Source: Marsupella aquatica (lineage: Eukaryota > Plantae > Marchantiophyta). From it: a stretch of DNA of 64,000 nt. Position 1 is the stretch's first letter. Each line of letters starts with the position of its first letter. The stretch lies in NCBI GenBank assembly GCA_973895155.1, contig OZ316897.1:21046260-21110259 (forward strand), read 5' to 3'. Both the position numbers and the translations under genes were made by a program. The notes below the pieces were generated by a model that made no database searches, was not told the DNA's origin, and was given only the letters and a program-made list of their open reading frames with translations. Shown piece by piece: positions 40,587 to 54,620 of the stretch.

Positions 40587-43500
40587 CTACAGATCAACAT
40601 CGTCCAAGTCGCTCAAGGATTTCAATTTCTGCACACATCACGAGCATTTGACATGAAACTTGAAAACCAAAATAGCAACTTACGCTGAAGCCCATCATAC
40701 TTTCCTTCCATGCCAGCATGCCACAATACTAGTCAACGTGACACTTATTTCGAACTCAAAGACTAGTTCCAAAAACTGCTCTGGCTGTGAAAACAAGAAT
40801 ACCCCAAAACAAATAACAAGTAACCCACAAAGAGAAAATTTAAATATCGTGCCAGACGCTTACCCTTATGAACTGATGTGGACTATCCACACTAGTGGAC
40901 CCAACTACGACCTCCCGTCTTAGTTGTCCAGAGAGCTTATGAGCTATCCTCAACTGTCAAGATTGCACCATCACAAGTCAAGATACGTAGCTTACCCGGA
41001 GAAAGTCTCGGGGAGTATCCAGGGAAGTGGAACCCAGTGTGATCTCCCGTTTACTTTCTTCCATCAGCATATGCACAACACGCAACTGTATACAAGTGGC
41101 CGCCAATTCACCCGTTCATCAGCAGATACTGGATACAGATTCAGCATTTATTTTGAAGCATTCACCTAGTTTCCAAATTTCTCAGAAGAGGCTTTATGAA
41201 CTAGAAGGGTGTAAAACCTATTCACTTTTGTACAATCATATTTCGGGTGTTACTTGTTTGTTATGATTCTAGAACATCCATACCTCAGAACGAGTCATCC
41301 CTCCGACAACAAATACAAATATCCGTCTTCCATACTGCTTTTTCTGACTGTTGGATTTTCCCTCACTGAAAGAAATGAACAACAGATGTCAGAATTTAGT
41401 CATGTAGGGGTGGTCAAAATCAGACTACAAACAGCAACGAGAATATGACTTACTACAATATCACGGATATTCTCAATGTTTTACTTGCGGGCCCTGACAA
41501 GTCATGGCAGACTAACTCAACAAGAAAGCACTCATGAAAATCTAGGAACAAATAATAGACAAACATATTAAGCTACTCCACGGTGCCTCTCTGTCCAGAG
41601 AACGAAAACTATTCAGGATAATCAGGCAAAGAAGGTAGGCACAACTCAGCTTTACTAGCCAGAAACTGAACCTGGAAATAGAAAATCTCAGTAGTAGAAA
41701 TATGCATGCTCTACGCTTCTATGATGAAACGAGAGAAAATGGGCTGAGGCACAAGTCCAGTAGAACTAAGATTGGAAAACATTCAAGCAGAATGTAATCG
41801 AACAGAATCGAACAGAATCGAACAGACAAGAATAGAAAAGTACCTTGAGCTATCATCAGCATTTCTGGCCCTGTTCGCCCAGGTACTGCCAGAAGGTCTG
41901 TTGGTTCGCCGGGAGTGTATTACTGCCGGCTGAGCATTTGCATCAGCAGCTTGGGAAGATGGAAATGGACCAGTGGGTTCCTTTACGTACGGGTACTCTT
42001 CCTTGGAAAGATCACCTTTCACAATATCCTCGATCAAATCCTAAAATACAAAGAACACCCACTAAGATTAAAAAGTGCCTTTCCAATTTCTTTCATGTGT
42101 ATGTTGAGATTTCTATGAGCTCATCCCAAAATTAAGCATAACTCCAACATGAATTCTGATTAGCATAGGACATATAGAAGAAGGAACGTCCGATATCGCT
42201 TCAATGAACGGGGGGAAAAAGGTCCGTCCTCACCGACATACGTCATACCTGAAGAACTGGATAGAAGCGAGAAAGTTGCCAGGTTTCTGCATCCGGACTC
42301 CTTTCCTTCCTCGCTGGCTTCTTGCTCTGAAATATAAATGATGTAAAGTGCAGTTCAACAACGGTTCCTCCGACGGCTCCTCGAGATAGCACAAACATTG
42401 GAACTGGATTCCTCCCATCCAGAAATATTTAACAACTTTAAAAAGTAATTCAAAATTGCTGCCACCGCATTCCTCACCAAAGGACATCATTGGTTCACAA
42501 AAGCTACCTTGCGAGTTCCAAATTTCAGGGTGAACCCGATCGAATGTTTCTTTGAGACAGCAACTCCAAGGTACTCGAGATTATTGATGGCATTCATGTC
42601 ATCTCCTGATAATCTCGCCAGCTGTTCATAGACGTTTCCCGTTAGAAAGGCAAAAGAGGACATCTATCCAGCCATGAACGTCTGTCAATTCGAAACTGAT
42701 TGGTACCAAAGTCTGTCATTGACGACCATGGACCTTTCCATACAAAGCTCAAACATACACACAGCTTCTAAGGAAAAACATACCAAAATATGCTCTATCA
42801 ATATCCTTTTAAATTCGTGCAACCAAAAGTCAAACCTTTAACCAACTACCTTCCCTGCAAACGCTTCCTCAGTACTAAAGTAGCAATGTGAACCCTGAAG
42901 ACCTGTCTCAGCAAAGTACATGAACTATCCACAACATTGGTATGAGACAGAAAGGTAGACACCTTCATCCACTGAAGTCTTTTAGCCGCATCTAGTTTTT
43001 CAGGGTGCGTAGCGGCATAAATCATCAGCAAGCGCAGTTTGTTATCTGCACTCAGATCCTGCAGGAAGGAAATTTAAAATGGATTACACGAATTCATAAA
43101 TTCCTCAAGTCCACAAATCCTCTACTGGCGGGAGGGAAAGAAAGTACGAAGCAAACGAGGCAGAAGTGAAAGAATGCAATGAGCACAGCTTAAGATATGA
43201 ACCTGCAGATACAAACAACAAAGTGAATTCTTGTAAATTCAATATGCTGCTCTACCAAATACTTTGAATTCAACAAGTTTGATCATATGATAGACGAGTC
43301 TGTTCTACAATTCTAAAAACCAACCTGGTTCGTGTTAAGAATATTGATTAACTCCTTGCTTGAGGCATCTCCAAAAACAAAATCTTGCTCCAAGGTACCA
43401 ACAGCACTCAAGCCATCATTTTTTATTTTGTCATTCAACTCTGTTGCAATCTGCATCAAGAATACCAATATTTCAGTAGTCTGCAGATTCAAACGTATAT

Positions 43501-46500
43501 CGATGGGCTGCCAAATGTAGCGAGCTTTGCATGCCTAACTTTGACTATTTACAACAAATATGATGTTGGATTCCCAAATTGACTATAAGGCCTGTCCGGC
43601 CCAGAAAGCATGTGTAGGTCTACGTCTATCTTCTCTTTGCTCTTGTCAATCATAAAACCTAACATCCATATCTTCTTCGTTATATCCTTAGATCATCACG
43701 ACTTCCTTCATCAATCTAATTCAGTGATTGACCATCATCTGAGCTGTTCATCATCTAGGGCGTATGGAGTGAGGCTATAGTCAGCATCAGACAATTCGAT
43801 TATTTCATACGATTCTCAGTTTTTCGTTCGTTCAGGAAATGAAATTCACGCCCAAAGATAGAGAAAATTCCGTCTGCTAGCCGCAATCTAACCCAAGAAA
43901 ACCAGATAAAAATGAGAAAAACTGAAACGCCAAATCAAGCTCTTACGTGAATGTGCAAGCTCAGCTTATCCAGCTGATCACGATACTGAGGTAGTGCCTG
44001 GACCATCTTTTGCATATCTCTCGTAGATAATTCTTGCCCATCCCTATAAGATACGTAAGAAAGCAATCGAATTAAAGAGGGAAACGTCAAACTACTTTCA
44101 CCTTTATCCCATTCACGCACAAACCTATCATACCATAGGAAATTCAACTGGGATGATACAGATTAAAAGAAGCAACGAAAGACTCGTGGTACCACATATT
44201 CACCAGATCAAATAGCCAAAAATAAATTGAAGGAGAATTTAACAGCTATTCCGTTCAAAAACCACCGGATCGGAAATGTTTCAAAGCAAGACACTGCAAG
44301 CAGTTCCAGGGTTTGCAATCAACTTACTTATTACCTAGACGTATCCGAGCTGCTTTATTCTGCGAACCAAACTGGGTCATCTTGTCATTTAGCCGCAAGC
44401 TTGCCTGTGACAAAACCAACAAAACCAATATCAGCGTGCTTTGACAATCCATGAACGCCAATCCCTAGTTCCACATGATCACAAACTTTATTTGGAAAGC
44501 CAGTAAACAGTGACTTCCAGTTCGTATCGGACAAACTCACATCTGCAATGTGAAGATCACGAAGTTCCAACCAAATCGGATCATGCTCCTCCAGTAAAAC
44601 TTCCTTTTTCTCTTTCTTGCCTGCACCCAATGTTACCTGCATTTCCAAGGCAATTCATTTGGGGCGTCGAAATGCCTCAGCCATAATATCAAAAAGGTGT
44701 GATGCATGGTGGTATAACAAGTAAAATACGTACACTCGTCAAGAAGCATTTGCCGTAGCCTGGTGACCATAGAATCCAGAGAGTTCATTACTATTAATAT
44801 GAACTCTCTGGCAAGAGCCGAAAATCTATGCACCAAAAGAAATTACAAAAACCCAAAAGCTAACCACAAAACCCAAAACTAAACCCGAAATTAGATCAGA
44901 GACCTTCACTCAATCACAAAACAGACCAAAATTCATCATTAGGTAAGTCACTAGCCCTGCAAATACCTCGTAGATAAACTTGTTGCCATCCATATCTAGC
45001 AGGTCATGACACATGGCATCGTAAGTCCATTCATGTATGATGGGTGCCACCTGCACACAATAGACACCACTGAGACGATGAGGAAAGCATGGATGGCCTA
45101 TATGTAGAAGTCGTATGTCCAAGTAACTATCGAGACAAGCTGATACTACACCTTGTAAATATTTGCAGGGCAAATATTTCACCAAACAAAAAACTTCAAT
45201 GCAGTTCACTTGTTGTAACTTGCTATATGAAATATTGAGGGCATAATTGAACAAGGAAATGTATGAATCCAAGGACATATGAAACGTACCGGATCAACAG
45301 AGCGATCGACAATAATGAGCTCACAAGTTTCACTCTGTGGAAAGTTCTGTAAGGAGGATTTGTACTTCATCAAACGCTCCCAAAGACTAGCAGCAATCTT
45401 TGTTGGTACTAAATCACGTGCTGTCGTCGTGGATCCATAGTCAGCAGCAGCTGACCTTGCAGCACGGTATCTGACAAGCGGAAATTCCTGTACATCGCCA
45501 ACAATTTTTGCTTCAATGTGGTGGTCAAGAGTTAGTGTGTCTGAGCTAGGAGGGAAAAGATTTCTCATAAACGAAAGTAACGCTTCTACTAGGGCTCAAC
45601 AAATCCTAGAGGCAAGGCAAAGCACAGCAATACGTGGAAGTAGATGAAGCAATTCACCTTCAAAGATGCAAAAACAGTTGACAATCGGGATGCGATGGTT
45701 TCCAAACAAACTTCATAGTCACGAGTTCCTTCACTGTGTTCTCCAAATAGCTGCTCCAGCGCTCTGTCATTATCTGTAGAAAATCCCTACACAACAGACA
45801 ACACTAACATAAGTACGCATGCCTCAAAATCAAACATCACAAAAAACACCATCAATTGTTCCACACAAACCTGCATCGTGAGATTCAACTGCCTTGCAAG
45901 TGAGAGAATTGTACCTGAGTGTCAATCGTTAAGTACTCCAAGTTCATCTGCGCCTCGCGAGGGCCCAGAAAGAAAATTAGGTTCGGACATTGCGAGCATG
46001 AATCTTTGGCTCGAAGAACATTGAAAAGCTACGTATTGTTGGAACACATTTGCTTTCGTTTCTTTAGAAGGATGTCCCCATCATCAATTCTAAATTCTAT
46101 TCTGAATCCCCAATTCTTTGCTCCGAGTCACAGAAATAAGTGAACTCTAACTCATTTCAAATCTCTATTATAATTCTATCTGACTCAAGGTTTCGTTGGT
46201 GAGGACTCTCTACCTCCCTCAATGCTGCGATCCGTGCCAATAGAAGCGTCTCCCCTTTGATTGTTTGCAAAAGATCACGAGGGAGTGGAGAGCTAAAGAA
46301 CACATATGCCCTGCGTAAACCAACGAGGGCTGGATTAACATCAAGAACTAAGAGGTCATCTACATTTGGCTTCAATCCACACTGCCATGAGGAAAGGATT
46401 CTTGTAAAACAAAACAGAGGTTACAACGACACGAAATTACTCACTTTTTGTACAGAGGAGACTTTCCAGCCATATCCTCGATGAACTTCATGACACTGCA

Positions 46501-48302
46501 CGACCGGTGCTTAAAATATTACCACAACCAAACGGATGCAGGAAAGAGAGAAACCACTAAATCCACTTGTAGCTTGCATATTACATGCACGATGTGTCCA
46601 AATTTGCAACACCAGCAATAAGCACTTGAGATACTCAAAGCTTGACACTCATCCAACCAGGTAATCAGATAAGGAACTTAGTGAGCCAACATTCCTATAC
46701 AATTGGAACGCATTCAGCTCAGGTTACCAATCTATCACCTTTACAAACATGTGCGACCAAACAACATAACGAACCCTGCTCATTGGAAGGAATGACGTTT
46801 ATACCTATCCTTTGTAGGTTGAAGGAAAAAGATAGCATCGAGAGCAGGCAAGGGTTGCCTTCGCTTATTGAGATCCTCCACCACTGTATTCAAATTCATC
46901 CAAGTATCACGTCACAAAATGCGAACTTTCAAATATCGAACCATTTTCTGTCCAGAGCTGTGCGCTTTCTTTCAGAAGTTGGAGTGACAGGTTGCTTAAA
47001 ACCCAATTTTCACATACACTGCCTCACACGTAATCAGCAATGCTACGACATACACAATGCACCTCTTCCTTCCTGGGTCATGAGCTACCGTAGACATGAT
47101 ACCAAAAGTTAAATAGCTACAAGTTACAAGTCTAAATCCAAACGATGACAGATCGGGTTCTTAGAGGATATGGTATCCAGCAAGACGTAGCTAGTACGAA
47201 TTTTGGTTTATAAGGAGATAGAGACGGACATGAGATGCCTTCATCGGTGACGTCAGCCATTTTGCAAGCATTGGACATGATTTTTACGGTAAGCTCGTCC
47301 ATGATGAGAACCTAGCAAACGAGAATGAGAATTAGGTCAGGTTCAGACGAAAATTGGACGACGTCTAGACAGAGAGGCATCTACCTAGAATATCGCAGTA
47401 GGAAAGAACATACTAAGTGCGCGAAACGTATTATCGTGATAAAATCCGATAGAAGCGTAAGATATAGACAGGGATACGTTACATAGCAAAGGCAAATTAA
47501 GTTTGTAACGATCAAAGTCTCTGATGGACAAAGGTTCCCAGAGTCAAGTCTGTTTTGACATCAACGCAACGACAATCCTCGAACAAAGTTCACACCTTCC
47601 ATTCTGCTGCACTATTTCCCCTGCATGCACGAAGCATCTCCAGCAGCAAACCTGAGAATCAAACGATAAACATGAGTTTCCTAATCCTTGCGTTCTATAC
47701 TGACAAACCGCCAGTATATTGCAACTACAGACATATGATAACAGGACAGTAAACGCTAGGCGCACAAACTAAAAATACCATTTTCTGGATCCTCTCTGCT
47801 ACTACGAAAGTACTAAGTGAGATGATCGTAGAAAGAAGAGGCCTGATTTTCTCATGACTAGTCCATAAGGTGGTCGTGTTCTGAATAGAACGACAGACAT
47901 TTATGAGAATATAGCAATGTTGGGGAAGAAATCGCGTCAGCAAGACAATAATCAAGGAATGATCACCGGGTTCAAAAAACTAGTAGGGGGCGATTCGCAT
48001 GTATAAAACGATTTAACATGACTAGAGCAAGCGCTGAAAGTTTTCGACTTTTGCAGTATTTTTTTCTTTAGCACAGCAAGGGAAGAATCTCGTTGAAACC
48101 CTCCTTCAGCAGGTAGATCCGGTAGTGTAGCGAGAATTCTCTGAAGAACCTCAGGAATCTGAGTTAAATAATTGCCCCTCCTCTATCCTATCCTCGCCTC
48201 GAAGATTCCAGTACAAGAACGTTGAAACATGCACTCACGTTCTCGAGACGTTTGCCGAAAAGTTTTCCACCCTCCGTGAGATGAATCTCCTTCCGACGCC
48301 AT
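40587..48302 (-). CDS. SEC1: SEC1/Munc18 family SNARE regulator (KEULE-like), roughly 20 exons
   Basis: Exon peptides: [128 protein letters not shown], ending [13 protein letters not shown] at 40587. Confidence 0.95.
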
Positions 48303-49362
48303 CCCTCCTAGCCTGTCCTTCCTTCCGTCTCTCCTACCACACCTTACGAAAGCTCTTCCTTCGCTAGCGTTTGCCCTCCCTAATCTGGAGATTTATGGTG
48401 ACCATAAACCTGTATCAAAAGTAAGCACCAAAATCCTACTTTCCTCCGTTCCCTCCCTCCCTCCGTACTCCCCTTCCCTTTCCCTGCTGCGCCTCGCCAC
48501 GCAGAGCAGATCTCCACCCGGTATTTGACTCCTGATCCACCGTCTCCGACGAAATCTGCATCAGTTCTCCGATTCCTAATCCAATCCCCTAAATACACCC
48601 TGCCGTTCAGAGGCCAATTGTTCTCCCTCCGTGCTTCACTTTCTCGATCGATCCGCACGTAAATGGTGCGGCCCTCCTCCTCCTCCTCCTCCTGCTGCTG
48701 CTGCTCCTGCATCGATCATCCATCGCACGATTTGCAGGAGGAAAAAAAAAAAGCTTCAATAGGGGAACAACGACCAAGGAACGAACGAACGAACGAGGAG
48801 CAGCCACAAACCCGAGCTCCAGCGATGGAGCCTCCCCCACCCCGACCCGCACCCGCACCACCTCAGGGCCCACCCCCACCCCCACCCCCACTTTCGGGCC
48901 GGGAAGAGGAGACGAGGGTGAAGGAGAAACAGCCGGGGGTGGGTTCCATGCAGGACTTGTGTGTCCCTGAAGGCATGCCCAGCCCGCTCTGCCTTGAAGC
49001 CACCCGTGCGTTTCCGTGAGGGCCGACCACGACAGCATTATAGCAACTGCTGCATAATTATTATGCGGGTGTCACATATGCGCACACATTCCTCCTCGTC
49101 TTGTCTGGGATCGAGTGTTAGCTAGTGTCATTACAAGGCGTGCATAGTGTTCTACGTCGCAACTGATGGATCGATAGTTCAAGCGGCAGACTTGCAGGAG
49201 AGTGGCGGTACTGTGAAGGTGTGCGAATGAGGAAATATTGAGTGCAACATCGACGAATTTTCGTTGTCTGTAGGTCGTTTGCTCGCTCGGCAAGCACATA
49301 ACATTCGTGTCACGAGGTTCCTGGGATGGGGAGCTGAGATGCGCGATTGCGTGGCTTTCTTC

Positions 49363-49567
49363 GGCCTCGGTGGTTTGGAAGGGTAAGGCAGGGCAGGGTT
49401 TAGGGTTCAGCAGCAAGCAGGTTTGGAACGGAGTTGTTGTGGAATTTGCAAGTCGATGAGGAGCGGCCTCGGTGGCTTGTGAGGCTAGGCAGGGCAGGGT
49501 TTAGGGTACAGGAGCAAGCAGAAGTTTGGAAACGGAGTTGTTGTGGAATTTGCAAGTCGATGAGGAG
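49363..49567 (+). repeat. ~102-bp tandem duplication just upstream of the CWC22 ATG, each copy with a telo-box-like agggtttagggt
   Basis: 'ggcctcggtgg...aggcagggcagggtttagggt...acggagttgttgtggaatttgcaagtcgatgaggag' occurs twice. Confidence 0.85.
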
Positions 49568-49601
49568 AAGCGGAAGCGGGCTATGCTAGGCTGGGTATGA
49601 A

Positions 49602-52600
49602 ATGAAACGAAAGGCCAGTCCGAGTCCTAAGGCGAGCGCATATTTCAGCCCCAGTGAGAGTGGCGAGTCGGATGGAAGCAGAAGCGGTCGTCGGAGTGAT
49701 GCGAGCCTTGGTCTGAGCCCTACCCCCGAACGAGCCAGGCTCACGAAGCCGCCCAGGGCGACCCCCGACCATCGTCGTGGATTGAGGAGTCCGAACCCCA
49801 GCCCCCTCAGTCCACGCAGTCGCGTTCCTCCTGATGAGCGACTGATCCCGAGCCCGAGCCTGACCCCTCCCAGGGATTTTGATCGATGGGATCCTACTGG
49901 GGGAAGCCCGAGTCCTCAAGATCGATACAGCCCTCGTTACTCTTCGAGAGATAGGGAGCCCGTGCTCAGCAGCAGGGCAAGCGATAGGGGTAGGGATAGG
50001 GATTACAACCATTACAAGGATAATAGGAGCCGAGACAATGGTAGGGTGATTCGGGACAGGGATTGGGATTCTAGAAATCGTGACAATGGCAGGGCAACGG
50101 AGGACAACAGACGTCGCGATAGTGGCAGAGCGATTGAGGACACTCGGACTCGGGACAGCCGCAGGAAGATCGAGCTTCCGGAATCAGAGAATGGGGATGC
50201 CAAGCGGAGGAAGCAGGGAGGAGCTGCTGATGCTCAAACTACCACCCTGCCAGGGCCAGCAACAGCACAAAAGGATGAGCCTCCTAAAGAGGAAAAGGTG
50301 GAAAGGCAAAGAGTACCCTTACCACTCGGAAGGAGCGGAGGGGTATACATTCCTCCGTTCAAGCTTGCCCAGATGATGAGAGATCTGGAAGATAAAAGCT
50401 CGAAGGAATATCAGCGGTTGACTTGGGATGCTCTTAGAAAATCGATAAATGGGCTCGTCAACAAGGTGAATGCGTCTAACATAAAGAACATTTTACCAGA
50501 GCTTTTCTCTGAGAACTTAATTCGGGGGCGCGGTTTGTTTGCACGCTCGTGCATGAAGTCGCAGCTGGCGTCTCCAACTTTTACACATATATTTGCAGCT
50601 TTGGTTGCAGTAGTAAACACCAAGTTTCCTGAGCTTGGCGAACTTCTTCTCAAAAGAATTATCTTACAGCTGCGGAGAGCTTACAGACGTAATGACAAGG
50701 TAAGCCCTTCCTGACCATGTTATTATTGTGAGGAATTAAGTTTTACTACGCTTCAGGTAACAGAACAGAGCTTGTAGGCTTTGAATGTCAACTTTTAGTG
50801 ATGTGATATGCCACCGTGACTAATTATGATTGCTGGTCTAACTTCTGTGATCTGTCTTCGTTTTGCAGCCTGTACTTCTGGCTGCTGCCAAGTTCATAGC
50901 CCATCTTGTGAATCAACAAGTAGCTCATGAGATTATAGCTCTAGAGCTACTTGCCTTGTTGCTTGAGAAGCCATCGGAGGACAGTGTTGAGGTGTGTTCT
51001 CTGTTTGCGTTTCGGCATCTCCGTACTAGTTGTTCTTTCCGAATATAAGAGAAGGTGAACCGGCTCGGATTATCTTTCGAGGGACACGTTCTTATGACGT
51101 CACTTTTCTGCATTGCAGGTGGCGGTGGGCTTTGTGAAAGAGTGTGGAGCAGTGCTTCAAAATCTGTCACCCCAAGGTTTACATGGTAAGTATCAGCTTT
51201 TTGTAAACAGTCAGCGGGAATAATTCATGAAACATTACTGTGGCAGTTGCCTTGCTAATGTTTTCCGTGTTGTTCTTTTCTCTAATTGATCCTTACTTGC
51301 TGTGGAATCTCATCTGGCATTGTTTTTTCGACAGGAATTTTCGAGCGGTTCCGAGGTATTCTGCATGAGGGAGAGATAGATAAGCGAGTGCAATTTATGA
51401 TTGAAGGAGTATTTGCTCTACGGAAAGCAAAGTTTCAGGTATATTACCGATGAAGCTTAAACTTGATGACTTTACGCATTGTGTACTTGAAACTGCCACT
51501 TGATTTATCAACCGCATCATTCCTCCAGTCTCTCACATGAATTTGATTTGTAGGGGTATCAAGGCGTCTTGCCGGAGCTTGATCTTGTCGACGAGCAGGA
51601 TCAGATCACTCATGATCTAAATTTGGATGATGAATTAGATGACGAGGCATACCTTGGTAAGTACTGTAATGTGGAGGGGTTATTGTTTTATTCACTACTT
51701 TACAATGTTGAGTGGAGCCCCATATTAATATACCTGCAACCTTCTGTTCCATGGTCGGTTTTGTGAGTCTGTAGAATCAGACGTGTACAGCTTAGAATCA
51801 TGGAAGGTGGACCTTATGCTAATTCTAGTCGGTCGATTTGTTTGCAGATGTTTTTAGAGTAGACCCAGACTTTTTGGAATCTGAGAAGAAGTATGAGGTG
51901 ATCAAGAAGGAAATCCTTGGAGATGAATCCGACGAGGAGGGGGTTGAAAATGGTGACAAGGCATCAGATGAGGATGATTCTGATGAAGAGGAGGAAGAAG
52001 ATGAGGATGAAATGGAACAAAGGATGCAAATTCAAGATGAAACTGAAACAAACCTTGTGAACTTGCGGAGGACAATATATTTGACAATTATGTCTAGTGT
52101 AGATTTCGAAGAAGCAGGACACAAACTTTTGAAAATCAAGCTAGAGCCCGGACAGGAGGTAACAAGTCATATACTCTTCGTTTCTTCTTTCCTTTTCTTT
52201 TGTACTTTTTGCATTCTAATCTTACCTGCCTCTCGGATGGCTCTCCTTTAGAGTTGGTTATTTTGCATCTATGGTAGAGAAGTTGTTAGTTTTGGTGATG
52301 ATCCGTCAAACAACTCTCTCATGAAACTAGGCACCTGTAGGGTGTGCACTGGGTTGCTGTACTCTGACCAGGATGTTTGCTTCTGATTTTCTGTGACAGA
52401 TGGAATTGTGTGTTATGCTCTTGGAGTGTTGCAGTCAAGAGCGGACTTATCTCAGATATTATGGACTGTTGGGGCAACGATTTTGTCTCATCAACCGTGT
52501 GTATCAGGAAAATTTTGACGAGTGCTTCATGAAGCAATATTCTATGATCCATCGACTGGAAACAAACAAGCTACGAAATGTAGCCAAGTTTTTTGCTCAC

Positions 52601-53324
52601 TTGCTGGGCACCGATGCCCTTCCTTGGCAAGCGTTGGCCTACATCAGACTAACAGAAGAGCATACCACATCATCATCTCGTATCTTCATCAAGATTCTTT
52701 TCCAGGTGAGTGGGTTATCTCTATCATATCAGTAGAAATCATTTGCAATCTAGTGCTCTGTTCCCTCTGGCTTGTGTGATATAAAGTAGTGAACTATTAT
52801 TGAGAGCTCTCTAAATTGTTTTTCTTAGAGCTCTATAGTTTCTCGGTGACTTGTTCTCCTACAATCCACTCGCTTGTTTTCCTCTGATCTGATCAGTGCT
52901 TTAACTACCATTGCAACATGATTTGCCTATGCAGGAACTCTCGGAACATCTTGGTCTCCGCAAACTCAATGAGAGATTGTCAGGTCCAAGCATGCAAGAA
53001 TCTTTTGATGGTATCTTTCCCAAGGATAATCCAAAGAATACTCGATTTGCTATCAACTTTTTTACTTCTATTGGTCTTGGGGGTCTCACTGATAGTTTAC
53101 GTGAGTATCTCAAGAACATGCCACGCCTTATCATGCAACAACAGCCAGCGATTCCCAGTGATAACGAGCAAACTGATTCTTCATCAGAGGAAACCAGCTC
53201 TGGATCAGAGGCTTCTTCGTCAGATGTAAGCAGTAGCACTGATAGTGAGAGTGAGAGTGACAGCGACAGTAGTGACGGAGAGCAGAGGCGAAAAAGCCAG
53301 AAAAGCCGAAGGGAAGGCAAGTAG
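49602..53324 (+). CDS. CWC22: Pre-mRNA splicing factor CWC22 (RS/RD-rich N-terminus, MIF4G and MA3 domains); exons ~49602-50699, 50869-50991, 51119-51185, 51334-51438, 51553-51656, 51848-52158, 52400-52705, 52934-53324
   Basis: [96 protein letters not shown]. Confidence 0.97.
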
Positions 53325-54354
53325 TGTTTTAATTCATCGATACTATTTTTTTCAAGGCCCTATGTGATCACATAATGATTTTCGGTTGTGTCTGAAATCT
53401 GTGTGTGGAGGTAGTGCTGCATATCAGCCTGTGTAAGTAACTTGACTAGTGGTTTTGTCAATGTTCGTAGTGGGTAAGTGGGCTTAGTGGGTAAGGTGGG
53501 CTTAAAATCCAACGAGAGCTGCAGTAGATTATGTTCCAAGGTGGCAGGACAGATCCACTGAGGGGCCCGACTTTGTTCATAGTTGCTTCGCTGGGTCATA
53601 TGTGGTGGTAAAGGTTGGCTTAGTGCAAAGGAGCCCCAAAGTACGTCGTGGGATTGTATTGCTAATGAAAAAGAAAGACTCCAAAGAGTCTTAAGAAACC
53701 AGTTCATACTCATGCGGATTCCCAAGATTGCAATGTTTGAGCCTCGTTAAATTTCCAGGAGTTTTTGAACCTGAGTGTTTTGCAAATTAGTATTTAAAAT
53801 AGATGGTAGTGGTGATTGTCACATGTTTTAGAATTAGGCAGCATAAGTCATTGGGTTGCATAGCTCTGGACTAGACTACTCTCTGCAATCTGTTTGGACC
53901 TAGTGTCTGCCGGTCACGAGCAGTTTGTACATCCGTGTACATTTACATCCTTCAGGATAAGGTGACATCAGTGGTCGGGTACATGTACCAAGCGCAAAAG
54001 ATCTTTGGTACAGTATGGGTTGATGTCTATCTGCCCGACACCATACTGATCGAAGAGAGGTGCATTGTTAAGTTGCACCAAGGCATTGGCCCATGAATAT
54101 TCCACTATTAGTCCCCTTGTTCAACAAAGACAAAGAAGAAGAACTATTCCCGTCCTCCTCATGGAGAGGAGATGAAGATGCTCTACTCCTTGTTAATCAA
54201 GAAGATCACAGGTGATTACAACAAGAAAAGAAGATCAAATGTTCTTAGATCCTTATGCAGGAACTCCCTTGCTTTTGTCACACTGACCTGGTGTTTATGG
54301 TGTTCATCTTTATGGCCACCTGCTACGCTCAACCTTCTTAGAGCACCCGCGCCA

Positions 54355-54620
54355 GGGGCCGCCATCATCACCTCTGGCTGTCGTCAAAAGGATGTACGAT
54401 AGTAGTCAAAAGGATGTACAGTAGTAGTCACCAGGGGATTGCATTTAGGCTGTTGGCAACACATGTAGTCTCTATTACAGAATTGCTAGCACCAGGAGCC
54501 GCCATCATCACATCTGGCTGTCTTCAAAATGATGTACAGTAGTAGTGACCAGGGGATTGCACCTAGGCTGTTAACAACACATGTAGTCTCGACTTCAGAA
54601 TTTCTAGCAGACATGGAGCC
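54355..54620. repeat. ~140-bp imperfect tandem duplication
   Basis: 'gccgccatcatcac.tctggctgtc.tcaaaa.gatgtac...accaggggattgca..taggctgtt..caacacatgtagtctc' occurs twice. Confidence 0.8.

Noticed and set aside
48380-49416. ORFs of 110-143 aa between SEC1 and CWC22
   Set aside because: Low-complexity GC-rich promoter/UTR sequence with no protein motif.
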